The translations under genes were made by a program, and so were the position numbers. This document shows positions 49,961 to 62,638 of a DNA stretch of 64,000 nucleotides, in pieces. The DNA is from Candidatus Altimarinota bacterium (GTDB lineage Bacteria; Patescibacteriota; Gracilibacteria; UBA1369; GCA-2718715): positions 672,001-736,000 of the forward strand of contig JBESAV010000001.1 of NCBI GenBank assembly GCA_041242255.1, read 5' to 3'. Below the pieces are notes generated by a model, which was not told the DNA's origin, did not search any database, and was given only the letters and a program-made list of their open reading frames with translations. How positions within the stretch are numbered: position 1 is the first letter of the stretch; each line of letters starts with the position of its first letter.

Positions 49961-50281
49961 CTACTTCTTAATACTTAGGTATTTTTTTGAAGCATGCCAT
50001 ACAAATATAACCAGAATTATAAGGTTAAGTACGTGTAGAAATTCCATAGAAAGAAACGCAACATTATACCTTCTAGCACCTAGGTAAACTAAACCAAGCA
50101 AACCTATCCAAAATGAAGCTTCAGCCAAAGTACCAAGAGACTTTCTCATTACTCTTCTTTTATCTTTAGCTAAATACCTAACTGCTATTTTAAAAACTAA
50201 AGATAGAACAACAAGTAAAATATAAAAAGCTAAAAAGGGTGCAAAGTATTTAAATGTAGTTGGATTCGCAAAAGCAAACAT
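49961..50281 (-). CDS. Small 3-TM hypothetical membrane protein
   Basis: Three hydrophobic segments; tightly coupled downstream of the lgt-like gene. Confidence 0.65.
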   Translation of the reverse strand: MFAFANPTTFKYFAPFLAFYILLVVLSLVFKIAVRYLAKDKRRVMRKSLGTLAEASFWIGLLGLVYLGARRYNVAFLSMEFLHVLNLIILVIFVWHASKKYLSIKK

Positions 50282-50286
50282 AGAAT

Positions 50287-51126
50287 TTAAGTGTTAATAA
50301 ATTTTCTTAATAATTTTTCAATAGGCAGCAAAATCTTAGTATGATGCCTCATTTGATAATCATAAACTTTCTTACCAAAATAAATAAAAGCTGCAAAGAA
50401 AAGAATCATCTCTATTCTCAAAGCTCCAAAGATAAGGAAGGCAGGATCATCACCTCGGAAGAAACCTTCAACAAATCGACAAAAACTATACATAAAACCA
50501 CCAAGATAAAAAACTAAGCCTTCATATTGATGTCTGTATTTTTTATGCAACACCCAAAGTATCATAAAAATTAAAATACAATAAAATGTAGCATATAGCT
50601 GCGTAGGATGTATTGCTGTTAGGTACTTAACATTAATATTATTCAGAAACTGAACACCAACAAATGAATCTGTGGGACGCCCAAAGTTTGAACCATCTAA
50701 AAAAGCACCAAAATTAACAAAACTTAGAAAAAGCATAAAAGATACCATAAAAGTATCACCCCATTTCATAGGATTCTCCTGACGTTTATTTGCATTATTT
50801 ATGAAACTCAAAACCACTCCAAAAACTAGCCCCCAGAAGGATAGTGATTTATCTGCCCAAAAAGCAATTGCTTTAAATACTGATGAAAAGTTAATAGCAT
50901 CAAAGAAATAAAACTGATAATTCAAAGCTACGTAGACTATTCTTCCCCATATCAACCCTGATAACAACATCTTATAAAAGATATCTACGATAAATTGTAG
51001 CCTTAATCGATTCTTCAAAGCATTCTTTACAAAGAAATAAGTTGCAATTATTAAACCAACCAAACCAAAAAAGAAGTAAGATTTAACAAAAAAACTCTGG
51101 GTAATCTGCAATAGAATTGGATACAT
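50287..51126 (-). CDS. lgt: Prolipoprotein diacylglyceryl transferase family protein, divergent
   Basis: MYPIL, GRIVYV, FGRPT, HPTQLY, YSFCRF..FFR. Confidence 0.8.
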   Translation of the reverse strand: MYPILLQITQSFFVKSYFFFGLVGLIIATYFFVKNALKNRLRLQFIVDIFYKMLLSGLIWGRIVYVALNYQFYFFDAINFSSVFKAIAFWADKSLSFWGLVFGVVLSFINNANKRQENPMKWGDTFMVSFMLFLSFVNFGAFLDGSNFGRPTDSFVGVQFLNNINVKYLTAIHPTQLYATFYCILIFMILWVLHKKYRHQYEGLVFYLGGFMYSFCRFVEGFFRGDDPAFLIFGALRIEMILFFAAFIYFGKKVYDYQMRHHTKILLPIEKLLRKFINT

Positions 51127-51128
51127 AT

Positions 51129-52277
51129 TTATAAATTAATACAAATCATCAAAAACAGTACTAAAAACATACTACTAACAACAGTTTTCAGCAAACGATT
51201 CTTGTTTATTCTCTCAACAACTTCAAAACCAAGGTGTAACAAAAACACACCCACAACTATGTAAACTAATACATTTGTCGAATAAATATTCAAAATATCA
51301 GGAACTGAAAATCTCAAATTCTTCACAGTCAAATAATGACCAATAAAGAAAAGTAAACTATACAAACCAAGTAACCATAAGCTAACTTCCTTAATCCCAG
51401 AGAAAAAACGCGTCCAAACATCTGATTTACTACTAAAGATACTCTTAACTCTTTTAAAAAGATCAACAATAGCAACCTTACGTTGCTCAGATGACTTACT
51501 GGAAAAAACAACTGCTAAAAGATTCCAAACACTATCTATCCTGGCATCAACTATTAAACCTTTCATCTTAGAAGGCGGCAAATCATAATTTTTAAACTTC
51601 CTTTCTAAATTCTTAGCCATTAAGTTTACTCTTAATTTCTCATCAACTTTCACTTTATTTTCAAAGAAAATCTCAGAATCACTTAAAACAGTACATATCT
51701 TCAAACACACCGACTGTATATTTCCTAAATTATCACTATACTTAATTTTATCTAAATGAAGGTAATATTTATCTAAAAATTCTTGAGTAGCCTGACCTAT
51801 TTGATCATTCAAATCTTCACTAACATGCTTCATCAAACTTTTAAGGTCATCAATTAACGGAAGAAGTATATTTCTAAGGGCCTTCACTCTTGAAGCATCA
51901 ACGACAGTTTTAGGGCTATCACTCTCAGTCTCTAACTTAGTTGAACTGTTCTCAAATGACTTATTTGGAGCATTTAAATGAGCAATCTTACTTACATTCA
52001 ATTTATATTCTGACTGTAACCTTACTAAAGCTTTTTCTTGATCTAAGGCAGATATTGTTCCCTTCACAACTTTCCCTTCTTGATTCACAGCTTCAAACTT
52101 AAACTTATTCAAGTTCGACTTATACAATTTTGTACTTAAATCAACTTCCTTCAAATCAACAACCTGTAAATCTAAATTATTAAGTTCTTTTTTTGCTAAA
52201 CGAATATCATCAGCCTCTACAACTCCATGCAATGTTGATCCAGCCGCATTCACGGCAGTGTATTGAAACTTAGGCAT
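51129..52277 (-). CDS. Membrane protein with two tandem PilC/GspF-type N-terminal modules
   Basis: MPKFQYTAVNAAGSTLHGVVEAD and FKFEAVNQEGKVVKGTISA; three C-terminal TM helices. Confidence 0.65.
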   Translation of the reverse strand: MPKFQYTAVNAAGSTLHGVVEADDIRLAKKELNNLDLQVVDLKEVDLSTKLYKSNLNKFKFEAVNQEGKVVKGTISALDQEKALVRLQSEYKLNVSKIAHLNAPNKSFENSSTKLETESDSPKTVVDASRVKALRNILLPLIDDLKSLMKHVSEDLNDQIGQATQEFLDKYYLHLDKIKYSDNLGNIQSVCLKICTVLSDSEIFFENKVKVDEKLRVNLMAKNLERKFKNYDLPPSKMKGLIVDARIDSVWNLLAVVFSSKSSEQRKVAIVDLFKRVKSIFSSKSDVWTRFFSGIKEVSLWLLGLYSLLFFIGHYLTVKNLRFSVPDILNIYSTNVLVYIVVGVFLLHLGFEVVERINKNRLLKTVVSSMFLVLFLMICINL

Positions 52278-52278
52278 A

Positions 52279-54913
<2,635 letters not shown>

Positions 54914-54957
54914 TTAATTACTAAAATCATTTTATACAAAATACTCAACAATAAAAG

Positions 54958-56898
54958 TTAAATCATGTTCATAGGATCTCTATCAACACTCCAACCCTTA
55001 CCTAAATCCAGATAGTCAATAATCTTCTTAGGGTTCAAGTCAAATAAAATCACCTGATGGTAAAACTTCCCATGTTTTCTTTCAATCAATGGGGCACTAG
55101 ATTTGTATCTTGGATATTTTACAGCATCTAAAACTGATACAACTTTCTCTACCTCCCTCATCACTTTTAGTTTATCTTTATTTGAATAAATCAATCTAGT
55201 CATTTTAGAAAACGGGGGATACATAAACATTCTCCTTACCTCCATCTCGCTCGACACATAGCCTTCAAAATCTTCATCAACAATACTTCTTATCACTACT
55301 GAATCATCTTGAAATGTTTGGAGTACAACCTTACCCTTCACCTTCCCTCTACCTGCACGTCCAGAAAACTGCGTCAATAACTGGTAGGCTCTTTCGCTAG
55401 CTCTAAAATCAGGAAAATTTAAATGCTGATCAACATTAATAACCCCAACAAGACTTACATTCTCCACATCCAAACCAGTTGCAATTGTCTGTGTACCAAC
55501 CACAATATCAGCTTCACCATCTTTCAAAGACTTATAGTTTTCAATATGGGCATTTTTTCTTGAATTAGTATCAGAATCAATTCTCACAATTTTAGCTTTC
55601 GGAAAGTAATCTTTTAACTCTAACTCTAAACCTTTCACACCAATACCTACATTTTTTATTTCTACACTCCCGCAAAAAGAGCAAGCAAATGGCACAGGTT
55701 TTTTATGATTACAATAATGACAAAGCAACTCTTGACCATGTGGAGTTAAACTAATTGAACAATTCACACATTCTTCAACCTGTCCGCAATCAACACACTG
55801 CAAGTAATTAGACGACCCTCTTCTATTATGCAAAAGCATTACCTGTTCATTTCTGGATAATGCAGCAGTAATACTCTCCACCAATTTATCTGACATGTAA
55901 TGCCAGTTACCTCTTTTGCGTTCATCCTTCATATCAACCACCTCATACTCTAAACCCTCACTAGCCTTCACTCGATCGCTTAACTGAAAATAGTCTATTT
56001 TACCATCCATTGCAGCTTTATATACTTCCACAGATGGTGTAGCAGAACCAAACAACACAGATACATCTAACTTTGCAGACAAATACTGTACCAACTGACG
56101 TACATGATATTTCGGATCCATATCTTGTTTATATGAAGAATCATGCTCCTCATCTACAATAACTGCCTTAAGATTCTTAAAAGGCATAAACAAACTAGAC
56201 CTTGATCCAATTACAATCCTAGACTGACCATAAAATATTCTCTTCCACTCTTCTTGTTGCTCTGTTTTATTAAGCTTCGAGTTATACAAAGTAATAAACT
56301 CCTTTGGAAAAACCTTCCCTACATATTCAACAATTTGAGGCGTCAAAGATATCTCTGGAACCAAAACCAAGACTTGAGCAGTAGGATCTTGCTCTAAAAT
56401 TTTAACTATCCAGTGCAAATAAACCTCAGTCTTACCACTACCGGTAATACCATGTAGTAAACCAATAAGCCCCGACCTATTAAGCAATTCATTTAAAACA
56501 TCATGTTGACTATCAGATAGATTATGTAGATTTTGATGATTAATCTCCAATTCACCAATCTCTTTAACAGTTTCTAAATCGAAGTTTTTATCCTTTATTT
56601 TTTTTGGTAAAAAAAGATCTAAGCAAGTACCAATATTAGCAAAATAATACTCTGACATATATCCAACTAAACCCATAGACCATGGCTCTAAAGCAGACTT
56701 CAGAAGCAATTTCTTAATATTTTTAGTTTTAAAATTAGGCTTACTGACCTTTCTCCAAACAACAGCTTTATAACTTTTTCTTCTAAGCTCTACCTCAACC
56801 AAATCACCAACCTCAAACTCAGAATTACTTGAATAAGTAAAAAAATTCATAACAGGACTCTTCAAACCGTGAATTAGACACTCATAAAAATATTGCAT
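54958..56898 (-). CDS. priA: Primosomal protein N'
   Basis: GITGSGKTEVY, DEEH, SATPS, eight-Cys zinc region, GRAGR. Confidence 0.96.
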   Translation of the reverse strand: MQYFYECLIHGLKSPVMNFFTYSSNSEFEVGDLVEVELRRKSYKAVVWRKVSKPNFKTKNIKKLLLKSALEPWSMGLVGYMSEYYFANIGTCLDLFLPKKIKDKNFDLETVKEIGELEINHQNLHNLSDSQHDVLNELLNRSGLIGLLHGITGSGKTEVYLHWIVKILEQDPTAQVLVLVPEISLTPQIVEYVGKVFPKEFITLYNSKLNKTEQQEEWKRIFYGQSRIVIGSRSSLFMPFKNLKAVIVDEEHDSSYKQDMDPKYHVRQLVQYLSAKLDVSVLFGSATPSVEVYKAAMDGKIDYFQLSDRVKASEGLEYEVVDMKDERKRGNWHYMSDKLVESITAALSRNEQVMLLHNRRGSSNYLQCVDCGQVEECVNCSISLTPHGQELLCHYCNHKKPVPFACSFCGSVEIKNVGIGVKGLELELKDYFPKAKIVRIDSDTNSRKNAHIENYKSLKDGEADIVVGTQTIATGLDVENVSLVGVINVDQHLNFPDFRASERAYQLLTQFSGRAGRGKVKGKVVLQTFQDDSVVIRSIVDEDFEGYVSSEMEVRRMFMYPPFSKMTRLIYSNKDKLKVMREVEKVVSVLDAVKYPRYKSSAPLIERKHGKFYHQVILFDLNPKKIIDYLDLGKGWSVDRDPMNMI

Positions 56899-56945
56899 AC
56901 TTAGACAAAAATGATAACTTTACAGATAGTATATAAAAAATCAGC

Positions 56946-57224
56946 ATGAATGTTGATCAAAAACTAACTACAGAACTGGGATTTGATCTAGACTATAGTC
57001 TAATGCATCACGATTCTGATTCAAAACAAATGATAAGACACGATATGATTATACGCGATGTAGTCGCAACGTATCCAGAAGTAATGGAGGTAATGTTCGA
57101 ATATGGAGTACATTGCGTAGGTTGCGGTTATGCCTCATTTGAAACCTTAGAACAGGGGGCGAAACTGCACCGAATTGACTTACAAGAGTTTCTGGAAGAC
57201 TTGAATGAAATTGCCTTCAACTAA
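56946..57224 (+). CDS. DUF1858 (hybrid-cluster-associated redox) small protein
   Basis: DMIIRDVV..YPE...YGVHCVGC...ETLEQGAKLH.ID. Confidence 0.85.
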   Translation: MNVDQKLTTELGFDLDYSLMHHDSDSKQMIRHDMIIRDVVATYPEVMEVMFEYGVHCVGCGYASFETLEQGAKLHRIDLQEFLEDLNEIAFN

Positions 57225-57258
57225 AAAAGCCCAAGCATAACGCTCAGGCTTTTTTTTT
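57223..57258. terminator. Bidirectional terminator between the DUF1858 gene and secDF
   Basis: A-run, AGCC..AGC/GCT..GGCT hairpin, then a T-run. Confidence 0.75.
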
Positions 57259-57272
57259 GATTTTTAAGCTTT

Positions 57273-60200
57273 TTAAAGCTTTCTTTCTTGCATTTTATTC
57301 AGAGCAGGGGATGCAATAAAGATAGAAGAGTATGTACCGATACCTATACCAATTACAAGCGCTAGTACGAATTCAAATATTGACGATGAACCAAGAACTA
57401 GCAATGAAAGCAAAGTCAACAAAGTAGAAATAGATGTATTCAATGACCTAGCTAAAGTTTGACTTAAAGATAAATTACAAACTTTTGCAAATTCACCTCT
57501 CTTAACTTTAGCCCCTTTCAAGTTTTCTCTAATTCTATCAAATACTACAATTGTATCATGAACAGAGAAACCAATCACAGTAAGCAGAGCAGTTATGAAT
57601 AACGCATCAACTTGAAGCCCAAACAGTGAAAACACACCAAGTGTAATAATCACATCATGAGTTAAAGCAACCATAGCACTCAACCCAAACCTCCATGGGC
57701 TATAACCTCTCGGAATATTTCTGAAAGTTATAGCTATGTAACAAATTATAGCAACTAGAGCTACAATTAAAGCTATCACTGCTTTACTTTTCAAAGATTC
57801 ACTAATAGTTGGTCCAACTGTAGTAAATCGGTTTTCAACAACCTCAGACTCTGAAGAGTTATTCAAATATTGCAAGATAACATCATGAGTTTCTTCTTGT
57901 ATGTACTTAGTTTTAATTTGATAAACTCCTTCACCAGCAGTAACTACACTTACATCTTCAGAACCTACAGCTTCCACAACTTTTTCCATTACAAGATTCT
58001 TATCAACATTTTCATCAGAAATTTGAACCTCCATAAATGTTCCACCAGTAAAATCAATCCCGGCATTCAATCCCTTAGTTGCAATTGCCCCAACAGAAAT
58101 AACAACTAATACGCAACTAATCGCAAACCAAACTTTAGACTTAGATAAGAAATCGATAGTTTTAACTTTTGAATCGTTCTTATCAGCTTTAAACCAAAGC
58201 TTAAGATTCTTATTATCAACTTTATCTAGAAGCACCAACATTCCTTTAGTAACAGTTATTGCAGTGAACATTGATATCAAAATACCCGCTGCAAGATTCA
58301 ATGCAAAACCACGGATAATTGAAGACCCAAAGAAATACAAAATCCCACAAGTAATTAATGAAGAGAAATTGGAATCTCTAATTGATGACCATGCTTTATC
58401 AAAACCATTATTCACAGCTTTGATATAAGATCTTCCATCTCTAATTTCCTCTTTAATTCTCTCAAAGATCAAAACATTAGCATCAACAGCCATCCCTACA
58501 GAAAGAATAATACCTGCTACACCTGCTAGAGTTAAAACAACAGGGGACGACAGTAAGAATGAAACAAAGAATAATGCAAAAGTAGCAACCACAAAACTCA
58601 AAGTCTGCTCAACCAGCTTCTCTTTACTACTATATATTTTAGCTAAAGCTACACAATAAATTACAAAAGCAAAAATCAAGGCTAACCACATTGGCATACT
58701 AGATTTAATCAAGAAGATCAAAAGAACTGAGTAAACAACCAAAGCTATGTTAGCAAGCACACCAGCTAATCTATAGTAACCAATCATATAAATAGCCAAA
58801 AGCAATAAACCAACCGCTCCAGCCTTAAGAGATGCATCAAGTGCAGCTTGACCAAGATTCGGACCAATTGTGTACTGTCCTGAAAGCTCAATAGGAGCTG
58901 GAATAGCACCAGTATTTAAATCCCTAGCCAGTTCTTGAGCACTATCGATAGTGAAATTACCACTAATTGTTGCCTCTCCTCCAGCAATAACCTGAGACAC
59001 ATTTGGCGCAGAAATTTGCCTACCACCTACATAAATGGCAATTTGACTGTTTAAATTTCTCTCAGTCAACTCCTCAAACAACTCGGCTCCTTCACTATTA
59101 AACTTCACAAGTACAACTGGAATCACATTATTTTGGAAAGCAATATCAGCTCTTTCAAAATAAGAACCATCCAACTCCGTCGCAACCCACCTTTCAGGCA
59201 GTGTAGAGTATATCAACATTTCAAATCTGTAAGCAGTCTCAACTACAGTCTCCATACTTGGTTCAGTAATTGCATTAGCTCTAGTCAAAACATAACCATA
59301 AGGAGTCTCTACAGCCAAATCATATATATCACCTTCAGCCTCTAAATCTGCTTTTATCTCTTCTAACTCAAGTGAACCTTCAAGTAATTCAGAATTCACA
59401 ATATATTCAGAACCAATTTGATCGAAAGTTCTTTCACCATTTACTATCTCACCAATTAGATTTGAAGCTAAAACAGCTGCATCATCTTTACTTAATTCAG
59501 ACGCAGATTCATCAGCCCCCTCATACTGGATCAAAATCGTATCAAGCTCTACTTCTCTAGGAGTTTCTTTCTCATTCTCCATTTCTTGCTTTTCATTCAA
59601 CTTAACTACAGCAAAGCCTTGCTTATCAACTATTTCACCAATAAAGGTTAAACCAAAATTACCTTCAATTAAACCGTCATAAACTTCTCCTTCTTCTAAA
59701 TCATTCAAAACGTTCACCAGCTCCTCGTTAGGAATCATTTCAGCAAAGGTAAAGTCATTATAAGGGTCATAATAAACCTTTTCACCCTCAACCCTCACTT
59801 GCTCCTCAGCTAATGCTGTAAAATCTTCTGAAGACTTAGCTTCTTCTAAAAATGACTCAGCGTTTTCTCTAACTACAGCTATTTCTTCTGCAGTAAGCTC
59901 AGTAACATCGTTTCTCTCCTTAAATTCTAATTGGATAGTTTTACCAACTTGAGCTTTAGCTTCTTCCAAATCATCAATACCAGCTAGCTCTACTATTACA
60001 TGTGTTTCATCAGCTACATTTGATAGATATATATTTGGTTCACTTACTCCAAGTCGATTAACTCTTTCGTTTATTACTTCCAAAATACCTTCTACTATCT
60101 GCTCTTGATCAGCCTCCTCTACATTACTTAGATCAATTTTATAGTCTAATTGTGAGCCACCTTGAAGATCTAAACCTAAGTTTATCTTCATATCCTGAAT

Positions 60201-60320
60201 CGATTCTGGTACAAAACCAGGTTGATACTCAGCCGGCAAATTAAAAATACCTAAACCTAAAGCCACAACCAAGATCATAGGAACTTTCCAATTACCTATG
60301 AAACGCTTAAAAGATCTCAT
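57273..60320 (-). CDS. secDF: Fused protein translocase SecDF with a large P1 insertion
   Basis: LGLDLQGG, GMAVDANVLIFERI, GIDFTGG, GFSVHDTIVVFDRIRE, GTYSSIFIA. Confidence 0.96.
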   Translation of the reverse strand: MRSFKRFIGNWKVPMILVVALGLGIFNLPAEYQPGFVPESIQDMKINLGLDLQGGSQLDYKIDLSNVEEADQEQIVEGILEVINERVNRLGVSEPNIYLSNVADETHVIVELAGIDDLEEAKAQVGKTIQLEFKERNDVTELTAEEIAVVRENAESFLEEAKSSEDFTALAEEQVRVEGEKVYYDPYNDFTFAEMIPNEELVNVLNDLEEGEVYDGLIEGNFGLTFIGEIVDKQGFAVVKLNEKQEMENEKETPREVELDTILIQYEGADESASELSKDDAAVLASNLIGEIVNGERTFDQIGSEYIVNSELLEGSLELEEIKADLEAEGDIYDLAVETPYGYVLTRANAITEPSMETVVETAYRFEMLIYSTLPERWVATELDGSYFERADIAFQNNVIPVVLVKFNSEGAELFEELTERNLNSQIAIYVGGRQISAPNVSQVIAGGEATISGNFTIDSAQELARDLNTGAIPAPIELSGQYTIGPNLGQAALDASLKAGAVGLLLLAIYMIGYYRLAGVLANIALVVYSVLLIFLIKSSMPMWLALIFAFVIYCVALAKIYSSKEKLVEQTLSFVVATFALFFVSFLLSSPVVLTLAGVAGIILSVGMAVDANVLIFERIKEEIRDGRSYIKAVNNGFDKAWSSIRDSNFSSLITCGILYFFGSSIIRGFALNLAAGILISMFTAITVTKGMLVLLDKVDNKNLKLWFKADKNDSKVKTIDFLSKSKVWFAISCVLVVISVGAIATKGLNAGIDFTGGTFMEVQISDENVDKNLVMEKVVEAVGSEDVSVVTAGEGVYQIKTKYIQEETHDVILQYLNNSSESEVVENRFTTVGPTISESLKSKAVIALIVALVAIICYIAITFRNIPRGYSPWRFGLSAMVALTHDVIITLGVFSLFGLQVDALFITALLTVIGFSVHDTIVVFDRIRENLKGAKVKRGEFAKVCNLSLSQTLARSLNTSISTLLTLLSLLVLGSSSIFEFVLALVIGIGIGTYSSIFIASPALNKMQERKL

Positions 60321-60362
60321 ATATATGATTAAATTATTTTGTGAATATTATTGCCTTAAGGC

Positions 60363-60821
60363 TTAACTTTCAATTTTATTTAGATTTTGACTTGAGTTCA
60401 CCTTGTCATCCAAAACATTTTGTTTTCTTATTGCCTTATGCAAACGCTCATCATTTTCAAAATTATTACCTTTCCCACTCCTCCCATAGTCGTCATCAAG
60501 TTTAACAACATCATCTAACTCAGGCGTAGAAACCTCAAATATCTCACTATCTTCCAGCGCCTCAACTCGATGAATCATAGGTGGTACAACATCTATCTTA
60601 TCTCCGGGCATCATAATAAGCTCCTCCAACTCATTCTCATTCTCACCAAATATAAACCTAATTTTACCTTTAAAAAGATACTGAGTCTCCATCTTTCTCT
60701 CATGATACTGTAGAGAATAACGGTGCCCTTTGTTAATCTTCAATATTTTACCAGCATACTTTTCCGTCTGAGCAAACCAAATCTCCTCACCCCATGGTTT
60801 TTTTACAATTTTAACTTCCAT
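60363..60821 (-). CDS. Cupin, type II mannose-6-phosphate isomerase-like
   Basis: KPWG, SLQYH...E, HR, EVST, DVVKLDDDYGR; follows manC. Confidence 0.85.
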   Translation of the reverse strand: MEVKIVKKPWGEEIWFAQTEKYAGKILKINKGHRYSLQYHERKMETQYLFKGKIRFIFGENENELEELIMMPGDKIDVVPPMIHRVEALEDSEIFEVSTPELDDVVKLDDDYGRSGKGNNFENDERLHKAIRKQNVLDDKVNSSQNLNKIES

Positions 60822-61851
60822 TATTTAATTGATTAACTAATTTTTTTAAAGTAGATGAATCATACAAATCACCAACTAAACAACCATATTCAGAGTAGAC
60901 ACAAACTGTATTCTCTAATTTATACAAAACAACAGGTAAATCAGTTTTATTAATAAGCAAACAATTTTTTACATTATCTAACTCAAAAGATCCTTGTACT
61001 ACATTTCCCTTATCATCCTTACTTAACTCACCAAATAAAGTCTCCCAAGTTCCAATATCACTCCAACCTAAGTCAGCAGGAATAACTACTACATCTTTTT
61101 GATCAAGCTTCTCCATTAACGCAAAATCAATTGATATCTTTTCAAAATCACCATAAACCTCCTCACAATTATCAAAATCTTTTATTCTCATCAGATTCTC
61201 ATATAGCTCAGAAGACTTAAGCTTCAACTCAGACATAAACGAACTAATCTTCCATGTAAAGATAGCTGTATTCCACAAGTACTTAAAAGAGTTATGAAAA
61301 TCTTTTGCTTTTTCAGGATCTGGCTTCTCTACAAATTCTTCAAGACCATAAACTTCCACCTCACCTTGCTTCTCAACTAGATCATTTATCTTGATATAAC
61401 CTAAATTAGGATTAGCTGATTTAGTTTTAACAGATACCAGTACGAAGCGGTCTTTAGCAGCAAACTTTTGAGCAACCGAAACTACTTCTTTAAACTCTAC
61501 ATTATCAACTATCAATTGATCAGCATTAATAATGGTAACAACCTCATCATCAGAAACCTTATCTGCTATATATTTCATAGCAAATGCAATACACGGCGCA
61601 GTGTCTCTTTTTAAAGGCTCGGATATTAAATTCTCATGATTTAGCTCTGGAAGCTGCCCCTTGATTATTTCCTTATATTTGAGATTAGATGAAACATAAA
61701 TATCTTTAGAGTCTGCAAAGCTCAACCTATCAAAGGCCATTTGCAATAGAGTTCTATCACCTAGAAAACTATGAAACTGCTTTGGCAAAGAATCATTACT
61801 GAGTGGCCACAACCTTGTTCCAGCTCCTCCAGCTAAAATTAAATACTTCAT
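60811..61851 (-). CDS. manC: Mannose-1-phosphate guanylyltransferase
   Basis: LAGGAGTRLWPLS..PKQF, EP..RDTAP, FVEKPD, SIDFALMEK, WSDIG. Confidence 0.94.
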   Translation of the reverse strand: MKYLILAGGAGTRLWPLSNDSLPKQFHSFLGDRTLLQMAFDRLSFADSKDIYVSSNLKYKEIIKGQLPELNHENLISEPLKRDTAPCIAFAMKYIADKVSDDEVVTIINADQLIVDNVEFKEVVSVAQKFAAKDRFVLVSVKTKSANPNLGYIKINDLVEKQGEVEVYGLEEFVEKPDPEKAKDFHNSFKYLWNTAIFTWKISSFMSELKLKSSELYENLMRIKDFDNCEEVYGDFEKISIDFALMEKLDQKDVVVIPADLGWSDIGTWETLFGELSKDDKGNVVQGSFELDNVKNCLLINKTDLPVVLYKLENTVCVYSEYGCLVGDLYDSSTLKKLVNQLNNGS

Positions 61852-61855
61852 ATAC

Positions 61856-62638
61856 TTAGATTATAAAACTATTAACATACCATTCTACAATCATACTACC
61901 GAAGAACATTGAAAATATAAGACTAACCACAAGAAATGGACCAAATGGAACCTGTGACTTCATACCATATTCAGCTTTATCAAGTAACATAACGGGTACT
62001 AAAACAACAGTTCCTAAAACATAAGATTGTAGTATTGTATACAATCCAACCCATGGCCCAAACATAAATCCTATAGCTAATCCCAAGTCAGCATCACCTA
62101 AACCAACCCATTTTCCTTTAGATACAAAGTGCTGCAAAAAGAAAAACAAATAACCAAGCAGCCCCCCTAGTAAAATATCCCAAATTCCTAAGTCAGAGAC
62201 AAAGTAACCAAACATCGCTCCTACAACAACAAGACTGTAAGACAAAACTGATGGAATTCTCAATGTCTTTAAATCAATAGTTAAAATATTAATACCTAAA
62301 AAAACCACTAACAAACTTAAAAACAATTCCAATATATCTAACCCAAAGAAACTAAAACAAAACATAAACAAACCACCCATAATTAGCTCCAACAGAAGAT
62401 ATTTATAACTCAATTTCGTCCCACAACTAGTGCATTTACCCCTTTGTAGTAAAAAACTAAGCACAGGTAATAGATTATACCAACTTAAATCCTTCTTACA
62501 TTCAGGACATCTCGACCTACCAAATAAAACTCTTTTCAAATCAAAATCTCCTCCTTCAACGGCACTTGAAAACTCTTCCATCAATACACTTGAAAAACTT
62601 CCCATAATCAAACCCAAAAAACCTAAAACATATATCAT
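61856..62638 (-). CDS. pilD: Type IV prepilin peptidase
   Basis: RSRCPEC, GKCTSC, ID, GLGD, PFGPFL. Confidence 0.93.
   Translation of the reverse strand: MIYVLGFLGLIMGSFSSVLMEEFSSAVEGGDFDLKRVLFGRSRCPECKKDLSWYNLLPVLSFLLQRGKCTSCGTKLSYKYLLLELIMGGLFMFCFSFFGLDILELFLSLLVVFLGINILTIDLKTLRIPSVLSYSLVVVGAMFGYFVSDLGIWDILLGGLLGYLFFFLQHFVSKGKWVGLGDADLGLAIGFMFGPWVGLYTILQSYVLGTVVLVPVMLLDKAEYGMKSQVPFGPFLVVSLIFSMFFGSMIVEWYVNSFII

Noticed and set aside
60363-61851. manC/cupin 11-nt overlap as a frameshifted bifunctional ManC or pseudogene
   Set aside because: The cupin has its own ATG, both parts look complete, no slippery site is evident, and split GMP/PMI genes are common
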